DNA of 64,000 bases from Candidatus Latescibacterota bacterium. GTDB taxonomy: Bacteria > Latescibacterota > UBA2968 > UBA8231. Below the pieces are notes generated by a model, which was not told where the DNA came from, made no database searches, and saw only the letters and a list, made by a program, of their open reading frames with translations. The stretch spans positions 4,832,001 through 4,896,000 of the forward strand of contig CBDETY010000003.1 of NCBI GenBank assembly GCA_965243025.1, given 5' to 3'. Shown here piece after piece: positions 57,585-64,000 of this stretch (positions are counted from its first letter, which is position 1; each line of letters starts with the position of its first letter). The position numbers and the translations under genes are program-made.

Positions 57585-58661
57585 GTGAAGACCTATCGCG
57601 TCGGGGTTCTCGGCCTGGGACGTATGGGGTCCTACATCGACGATCAACAGTCCAGCCGGGACCTGCCGTATTCCATCGCCAACTCAACGGTGGCGAGCGA
57701 CCGCCTCGAACTGGCCGCCGGCTGCGACCTGCTCGCCGACAGGCGCAGCGGGTTTGCCGAGCGCCACAGGGTCCCCGTGTACGAGGATTACGCTGAAATG
57801 GTCAGGCAGGAAGCCCCCGACATCGTAGCCGTCTGCACGACGGCGACTGGCTTGCAGAAACCCGGCAACAGGGCGCCTGCGCCGGATTTCCGCGGCGACG
57901 CCCACGCCGACCTCACCGTGGCCCTGGCGGACCTCGGGGTCCCGATGCTCTTCGTCGAGAAAGCCGTCGCCTGCTCGATGCGGCGGTGCGACGAGTTGCG
58001 CGAGGCCGTGAAGCGCAACGGCACCTTGTTCAACTCGGGGGTTCTGCGGCGCTTCGACGTTCGTTACGACCCGGTTCGCGAGGCCGTTCTGAACGGGGAG
58101 ATCGGCGAACCTGTGGCCGTCGTCCACTACGCCCGGTCGAGCCTTCTGCACGGACACATCCATTCGATCGACACCCTTTCCTGGCTGATCGGCGACCCCG
58201 CCATTTCCCAGGTCCGGGGAGAACTCGAGCCGAGAGACCTGCCCATCGAGGACAGTTTCATTCCCCACGACCCCCTCGGTACCTATGAGCTGTTGTTCGA
58301 AAACGGGGTGCGCGGCTGGTCGATCCCCGCAGGAAACTGGCAGTTCGAGGTGCTGGGCACCGAGGGCATGGTCCGCTCGCTGGACAACGGCGCCGGGGCG
58401 GTGATGCGGCGGCAGGATGGTGAAGACCGCTATGGCTGGGAAGGATGTGAGCTGCCGGAGTTGCCGCCCAGGAGCGCCACGGTCTCCTGCCTGGAGGATC
58501 TCGTCGACGCATTCGAGAACTCCCGGCCGACGCGCGGCCACGTCGACGTCACCCACCACATCACCGAAGCCACCCTGGCGGTGGCGGAAAGCCATCGCCG
58601 CGGCGGCAGCTGGGTCGATCTGCCGATCGCCGATCGCGATCTCTACGTCTTCCACGTTTAG
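57585..58661 (+). CDS. Gfo/Idh/MocA-family oxidoreductase
   Basis: GLGRMG, PDIVAVCT, EKAVA and HSID motifs; GTG start at 57585. Confidence 0.85.
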   Translation: MKTYRVGVLGLGRMGSYIDDQQSSRDLPYSIANSTVASDRLELAAGCDLLADRRSGFAERHRVPVYEDYAEMVRQEAPDIVAVCTTATGLQKPGNRAPAPDFRGDAHADLTVALADLGVPMLFVEKAVACSMRRCDELREAVKRNGTLFNSGVLRRFDVRYDPVREAVLNGEIGEPVAVVHYARSSLLHGHIHSIDTLSWLIGDPAISQVRGELEPRDLPIEDSFIPHDPLGTYELLFENGVRGWSIPAGNWQFEVLGTEGMVRSLDNGAGAVMRRQDGEDRYGWEGCELPELPPRSATVSCLEDLVDAFENSRPTRGHVDVTHHITEATLAVAESHRRGGSWVDLPIADRDLYVFHV

Positions 58662-58947
58662 CAGCCCGTTGGAAAAGTTGCTCTGCAGCCGAGGCCGAGC
58701 CATGGCGGTCGAAGACCTGGGGCAGAAAAACCCCGAAATCGAATCCGGCCCCTGCCTTGATTTATCTGCCCCGGCAAGCCGCGACCGAGTCGAATCGAGG
58801 GATTCGGCGAGGGAGCGCAACGCCGTCTGCGGAACGCTCTTTCGAGCGTTTCAGGCAACGGCAAAGCCGTTCCCAACACCAACCCGAAGGGTTCGCGGCC
58901 GTCGGGGCCGGCCCCAGCCCGGATGGACTTTTTTCAACGGGCTGTCA
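58660..58947. mobile_element. MITE-like structured repeat, type B copy 2
   Basis: TIRs CAGCCCGTTGGAAAAGT (58662-58678) and ACTTTTTTCAACGGGCTG (58927-58944). Begins at a TAG stop; homologous to 43333-43563. Confidence 0.8.
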
Positions 58948-58974
58948 GGGAACCCGGCAGACCGGTACCGGCTG

Positions 58975-60135
58975 TCAACCGTTCTGCAAGAAGGTCAGAA
59001 AGGGTTGGTAGCAGAAGCGACGATGGCGCCGCCGGCCGCTGATCTCGGTCAGCACTCCCAATCTTTCGAGCCTCGAGATCAGGTTGTTGGTGTTTGCGAA
59101 CGTGCGCCCCGTGATCTCCGAGGCCGACGCTACGCTTATCAAGGGCTGGGAAAACAGCGCGTCGAGCAGGGCCATCGCCGGACCGGCCGTTCCTCCGAGT
59201 TCCCTTCGCAGCAGCTCCCGATGCCCGGAGCGAAGCCGTATCAGCCAGTTCAGCAGCCTCCCGCCCTCCCCGGCCGCTTCGCGGATACTGCCGAGGAAGT
59301 AGCTGATCCACCCTTCCCAATCCCCATGCAGGCGCACCCGTTGCAGGCGCTCGAAGTGATCGCGGGGGTCGCGCCCGAAGATCGATGCAAGACCGATGAA
59401 TTGCGGCCAGAGCCCGCGCTCTCTTCCGAGGAAAAGCTGCACCGCGAGACGGGCGACCCTGCCATTGCCGTCCACGAAGGGATGGACGGTCTCCAGCTGA
59501 TAGTAGAGGAGCCCGGCGGCAACCAGCGGAGGCGTTGTGCGGTCCTGTTTCAGAAAACCCTCAAGCTCCTGCATCATCCGGGGAACCTCCCGGTGAGGCG
59601 GTGGGACGAAATGGGCATCCCGGGCTGTGCTGCCGGAAGGCCCGATCCATATCTCGGAGGAACGGTAGTTTCCAGGTGCTTCGTCCCTGCCTTCCAGTCC
59701 CCCGTAGAGCTCCTGATGCGCCTGCCGGAGCGTGACTGTGGAAACCCCGGTCTCGCCCGTTGCAGGCAGCAGGCGTTCGGCCGCATGGACGTAGTTGAGA
59801 GCTGCCCGAACCACCCCGCGCGGCGCTTGCAGGCCTTCAACTGCCGCTCCGTCCAGGGAATACCAGAGCAGGTCGGAAAGCGCCACCCGGTTGCCCTCGA
59901 GCCGGGCCGAAAGCACCGCTTCCTTCCGAAGTGCCAAGGCGGCATAGGGAGCGGCGTCGTCGAGATGGGCTGCCCGGCCGGAAATCCATCCCAGGGCCCG
60001 TTCCGCCTCCCCGAGCCGGTGCCAGAGCGACGGTCCGCCTCCTATACTGGGAGGAAGCGGATTCGGGATAAATACAATATGCCCGTCCTGCTGCCGCTCA
60101 ACGCGCCCGGCGCGGTCGCTCTCTGGTCTCTTCAT
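58975..60135 (-). CDS. Fic-family protein (AMPylase-type) with C-terminal HTH
   Basis: HPFVDGNGRVAR Fic motif; N-terminal SARLEGN inhibitory-helix motif; PGNYR. Confidence 0.9.
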   Translation of the reverse strand: MKRPESDRAGRVERQQDGHIVFIPNPLPPSIGGGPSLWHRLGEAERALGWISGRAAHLDDAAPYAALALRKEAVLSARLEGNRVALSDLLWYSLDGAAVEGLQAPRGVVRAALNYVHAAERLLPATGETGVSTVTLRQAHQELYGGLEGRDEAPGNYRSSEIWIGPSGSTARDAHFVPPPHREVPRMMQELEGFLKQDRTTPPLVAAGLLYYQLETVHPFVDGNGRVARLAVQLFLGRERGLWPQFIGLASIFGRDPRDHFERLQRVRLHGDWEGWISYFLGSIREAAGEGGRLLNWLIRLRSGHRELLRRELGGTAGPAMALLDALFSQPLISVASASEITGRTFANTNNLISRLERLGVLTEISGRRRHRRFCYQPFLTFLQNG

Positions 60136-60376
60136 TTTTCAGACAATTTATTACTGAAAGTCTTTTGAAACAATAATTTGTTTTCCGCGCACCGTCCTTC
60201 CTAACCGGGATTACCCAACACTTGACCAGGAATGAGGCAAGCCGGAAAACCGACCGGTCTCCTGACAATTTTCAACATTTCAACATGAATTGTGGAAAAA
60301 TTCGGTTGATTACTACGCACATTGAACTCACCTTGATCTGTTGTTTTTCTAAAATATCGAAAACAGGAGGAATTTA
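60136..60376. promoter_or_regulatory. AT-rich divergent promoter region
   Basis: Markedly AT-rich. TTTCAACA tandem; inverted repeat TGTTTTTC-N9-GAAAAACA (60342-60366) abuts the AGGAGG RBS. Confidence 0.55.
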
Positions 60377-61459
60377 ATGGCGATTTACCGGGCAGCGCTG
60401 ATTGGCTGCAGCCGAATGGGAGCATTTATCGACAATGAAGGAAGCGAAAAAAGGCCGTTCGCCTATTCCCACGCAGCCGGATACGAGGCTTCCTCCCGAA
60501 CAGAATTGATTGCCCTTTCCGATACGCGTGCAGAGGTCATGGCCCGGGCGGGCGAGCGTTACGGTGTCCCGGGCGATCACCAGTACCGCGACTACCGGGA
60601 GATGCTGGCCAGGGAAAAGCCGGACATTGTCAGCGTGGCCACACAACCGGAGCACCGCACCCGCATCGTCCTCGACGCGGTCGAAGCTGGAGTCCCTGCG
60701 ATCTACGCCGAAAAGGCGATGGCTGCATCCATGGGGGAGGCCGACGCCATGATGGCAGCTTGCGAGGAAAGGGGGGTGTTTTTCAACCTCGGCACCAACC
60801 GCCGCTGGGATGTCCGCTGGGAAAAACTCCGGGAAGCGATCGGCTCCCAAGGCCTCGGCTCCGTGAATGCCGTCGTCTCACACTGGACGGGAACCCTGTT
60901 CAACAGTGCCAGCCATATGTTCGACCTCATGCTCTGGCTTCACGGCGACTGCCCCGTCGAGTGGGTCCAGGGATTTCTCCGCGACCCCGACGAAGGTCTG
61001 TTCGACGGAGACATCCTCACCGAGGATCCGGTAGGCGAGGGGATTTTCCGCTTTTCGGACGGGGCCTACGGCTATGCGCTCAATACCAGCCACGGCCTTC
61101 GCTTCGAGCTCGTCTGCGAAAAAGGCACGGTTCTCGGACAGGAACCGGAGAATCTGTGGGAAGTTTCCACGACGGGAGAGGTCGGGGGACGGTCCCGGGT
61201 CGAGCGCACCTCCATGGACCTCGCTGCGGCCAGCAGCACCCAGGCGATTATCGAGGATCTCGCCCGTTCGCTCGACACCGGGGAGCCGCCCCGCGGCGGC
61301 GTGCGGTCGGCTCACCAGAGCACGGAGCTGATATTCGCTTTCATCGAGTCGCATCTGCAGGGAGGCAAACGCATCCACCTGCCGCTGCAGGGTTCCAGAG
61401 TCCGGCTGGCGCGGGACCGCCAGCCGAGGCTGCCGAAGTTCCAGCCGGTCTGGAAGTAA
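60377..61459 (+). CDS. Gfo/Idh/MocA-family oxidoreductase
   Basis: IGCSRMG, PDIVSVAT, EKAMA and HMFD motifs. Confidence 0.87.
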   Translation: MAIYRAALIGCSRMGAFIDNEGSEKRPFAYSHAAGYEASSRTELIALSDTRAEVMARAGERYGVPGDHQYRDYREMLAREKPDIVSVATQPEHRTRIVLDAVEAGVPAIYAEKAMAASMGEADAMMAACEERGVFFNLGTNRRWDVRWEKLREAIGSQGLGSVNAVVSHWTGTLFNSASHMFDLMLWLHGDCPVEWVQGFLRDPDEGLFDGDILTEDPVGEGIFRFSDGAYGYALNTSHGLRFELVCEKGTVLGQEPENLWEVSTTGEVGGRSRVERTSMDLAAASSTQAIIEDLARSLDTGEPPRGGVRSAHQSTELIFAFIESHLQGGKRIHLPLQGSRVRLARDRQPRLPKFQPVWK

Positions 61460-61473
61460 CCCACCGGCGGTAT

Positions 61474-61643
61474 GGGGCAGCCGTTCCTCTCGGACGGGCC
61501 GCGATTCAAACCCGCGGAGGCCCCAAACGAGGACTTTCGGAATGTTTACGTCACCAAGTAAACGTATTCCGGCCCTCGGAATGGGAATCGGCCATGTCCG
61601 GGGTTGAAATGCAGGCTCTCCGGTTCTGCCCGAGGCTGCCCGG
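61474..61643. repeat. Nested inverted-repeat element between convergent genes
   Basis: GGGCAGCC...GGCTGCCC ends; TTCAAACCCG pairs with CGGGGTTGAA; central GGAATGTTTAC...GTAAACGTATTCC hairpin. Confidence 0.45.
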
Positions 61644-61649
61644 GCACAC

Positions 61650-62753
61650 TCAGATCTTTCGGAATTCGTCGTTCTCGCCGATCAATTGCCGCGGCTCGAC
61701 CACTACTTTGCCAGAAAGATCGCCGGCCGCCCGCCCCAGGACCCAGGCTTCAAAGCCGTGGCGGCGGGCAATGGCGCGGACTGCGGCCGCATCCTTCTCC
61801 GGAGTGACTACTCCGAACCCGATCCCCATGTTGAAGACGAGAAACATCTCCTCGTCCGACAGCCGGCCGCCTTCCTGGAGTACCTGAAACACCGGATCCG
61901 GTTCCGGCAGGTAGTCGAGGACGAACCCGGTACCGGTTCGCACTCGCAGCAGGTTGAGGAGGCCGTCGCCGGTCATGTGGCTGAATGCCTTGATGCGCAC
62001 GTCCGCCCGCATCATTTCGACTGCCGGGCGCACGTAGATGGCAGTCGGGCGCAACAGCTCCTCGCCTACGGTGCCGCCCAGCTCAGGGACGCGGGAATCG
62101 ACTGTCAGGCCCATTTCGTCGAACAGCACCCTGCGGGCCAGGGTGTAGCCGTTGCTGTGGATGCCGTTGCTTTTCAGGCCGACGACCACGTCGCCGTCAT
62201 CGATGTCCTCCCCCACGATCATTTCCTCCAGCGGCACCAGGCCGATGGCCATGCCGACCAGGTCCAGGCCGCTGCCCTCGCGGTATCCCCGCAGCATCTC
62301 CCTCACCTGGGCGGTTTCCCCACCTGAAATCGAGATGTTCGCATAGTCCGCCCCTCGCTGCAGGCCGATGCCGATCTGCTCGAATACCTCCGGGTCCGCC
62401 TTCTCCACCGCAATGTAGTCGAGCATCGAGACCGGTTCTGCGCCGACGCAGACCAGGTCGTTTGCAACCATGGCGACGCAGTCGATGCCGACGGTGTCGT
62501 ACTTCCCCATCATCTGGGCAACCAGCAGCTTGGTGCCGACGCCGTCGGTCGTCATCGCCAGCCCGAGGTTTCCGATGTCGATTACAGTCGCGAAATACCC
62601 CGATTCCAGCGCCACCCTTCCGACCGGGCTGCCGTCGCAGCGGCAGTGCTCCGCCTGATTCACCCGGTACAACAGGCGTTGGAGCGCACCGATCGCGCCG
62701 CCGGTCTCGACCCCTGCTTCCATGTAAGTCAACCCCGTTTCTTCTGATGGCAT
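61650..62753 (-). CDS. purM: Phosphoribosylformylglycinamidine cyclo-ligase (AIR synthetase)
   Basis: Y..AGV, TDGVGTK, DCVAM..ND, GGETA, HSNGY and FNMGIG motifs. Confidence 0.92.
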   Translation of the reverse strand: MPSEETGLTYMEAGVETGGAIGALQRLLYRVNQAEHCRCDGSPVGRVALESGYFATVIDIGNLGLAMTTDGVGTKLLVAQMMGKYDTVGIDCVAMVANDLVCVGAEPVSMLDYIAVEKADPEVFEQIGIGLQRGADYANISISGGETAQVREMLRGYREGSGLDLVGMAIGLVPLEEMIVGEDIDDGDVVVGLKSNGIHSNGYTLARRVLFDEMGLTVDSRVPELGGTVGEELLRPTAIYVRPAVEMMRADVRIKAFSHMTGDGLLNLLRVRTGTGFVLDYLPEPDPVFQVLQEGGRLSDEEMFLVFNMGIGFGVVTPEKDAAAVRAIARRHGFEAWVLGRAAGDLSGKVVVEPRQLIGENDEFRKI

Positions 62754-62789
62754 GCCAGGCCTCTCCTTGCCGTTGAAAATCCGGTCTGC

Positions 62790-64000
62790 CTACTCGAAAA
62801 ACTCCGCATAGAGCGACTGCACTGCGGCGGCGACATCCGTCTCCTTGACCCCGAACATCATGCTGACTTCGCTCGATCCCTGGTTGATCATCTCCAGGTT
62901 TACCCGGGCGCGCGAGAACGCGGAGGTCGCCCGCGCCGCCAGCCCGATCGTGTGCCGCATGCCTTCGCCGACCACCATCACCAGTGCCAGCCCGCGCTCG
63001 ACCGAAACCTCGTCCGCTTCGAGCTCGGTGCGAATGCGGCGGACCACCCGTTCTTCCGCGGCGTGGTTCAGGTACTCCTCCCGGACAATCACGGAGAGGT
63101 TGTCGATCCCCGACGGGGTGTGCTCGAACGGGATCCCCTCGTCCTCGTAGATCTGGAGCAGCCGCCGTCCGAAGCCGACCTCCCGGTTCATCAGGTATTT
63201 GCTGACGTACATGCTGCAGAAGCCGCCCGTGGCGGCGATGCCGACGACCGGGTCCCCGGCGACGGTCCGCGACGGGACGATACGTGTTCCGGGGGCATCG
63301 GGGTTGCTGGTGTTTTTCACCGCGACCGGAATTCCGGCGTGAAACACCGGCTCGAGGGCTTCGTCGTGAAACACCGAAAAGCCGGCGTACGACAGCTCTC
63401 GCATCTCCCGGTAGGTGATTTCCGGCACGCCGCGCGGGTGGTCGACATGCCGGGGACTGGCGGCGAACACGGAGTCGACGTCGGTGAAGTTCTCGTAGAG
63501 CTCCGCGTCGACCGCGGCGGCGAGGATCGCCCCGGTGATATCGGAGCCCCCGCGTGGAAAGGTGACCAACCGCCCCCTCTCCGAGTAGCCGAAGAACCCT
63601 GGAAAGAGGGTGATGCCGGGCAGCTCCCGCAGTTTTCTGAGTCTGCCGTACGACTGGCGCAGGACGCGGGCGTTGCCCGGCTCATCCGACAGCAGCATGC
63701 CCCCTTCCCCGGGGTCGACGTAGTGGGCCTCTGTTCCCAGGGAGCAGAGGTACTCCGCCATCAGACGCGCGCAGTTGGCTTCGCCCGCCGCCTTCAAGGT
63801 ATCGGTAAACAGACCCTCGTCCCCCGTGTCGGACTGCAACCGGGCTTCGAGGTCGTCCGCTATCGACTGGATCGATGACGACCCCAGACCGAGCCCCCGG
63901 GCGATTTCTTCGAAGCGCGCCACGACCCGGTCCATCTCCTCGCGGCCGTTCCTGTTGGTCAGGCGCGCCTCGGCCGCGGCGATCAGCAGGTCGGTGACCT
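62790..64000 (-). CDS. lysC: Aspartate kinase (YclM/AKIII-like; start lies beyond the window)
   Basis: Frame open to the window edge (VTDLLI...). RGGSDITG, ENFTDVD and YREMRELSYAGF motifs; two ACT domains (HTPSGID, QGSSEVS). Confidence 0.88.
   Translation of the reverse strand, partial: VTDLLIAAAEARLTNRNGREEMDRVVARFEEIARGLGLGSSSIQSIADDLEARLQSDTGDEGLFTDTLKAAGEANCARLMAEYLCSLGTEAHYVDPGEGGMLLSDEPGNARVLRQSYGRLRKLRELPGITLFPGFFGYSERGRLVTFPRGGSDITGAILAAAVDAELYENFTDVDSVFAASPRHVDHPRGVPEITYREMRELSYAGFSVFHDEALEPVFHAGIPVAVKNTSNPDAPGTRIVPSRTVAGDPVVGIAATGGFCSMYVSKYLMNREVGFGRRLLQIYEDEGIPFEHTPSGIDNLSVIVREEYLNHAAEERVVRRIRTELEADEVSVERGLALVMVVGEGMRHTIGLAARATSAFSRARVNLEMINQGSSEVSMMFGVKETDVAAAVQSLYAEFFE

Overview
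A 64-kb, high-GC, gene-dense bacterial window with about 57 CDS, mostly on the minus strand. I found no rRNA, tRNA or CRISPR array. A TWGxIK C-terminal motif, a YPNPFN FlgD/T9SS-like tail, five PhyH dioxygenases and many PQQ-like propellers suggest an uncultured FCB-group (Latescibacterota/Poribacteria-like) organism; this is inference only. The standout is a tightly coupled minus-strand operon (13733 to beyond position 1). It encodes three secreted PQQ-like beta-propellers, an EhpF/LuxE-like truncated adenylating enzyme, an EhpG/LuxC-like reductase, an Fe-alcohol dehydrogenase, a HemN-like radical SAM enzyme, a TonB-dependent receptor, a PaaK-like CoA ligase and a flavin halogenase-like enzyme that the ORF track missed. 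It looks like an uncharacterised import-and-tailor pathway for an aromatic carboxylate or cofactor. Other signals: a family of structured MITE-like elements mostly abutting stop codons, a DnaA-box cluster at about 55.7 kb, an NCS2 permease fused to a degenerate RsbW-like domain convergent with a STAS-bearing SulP, and a PhyH with an HxG halogenase-type iron motif. Family calls come from motif recognition by eye; no database searches were run.
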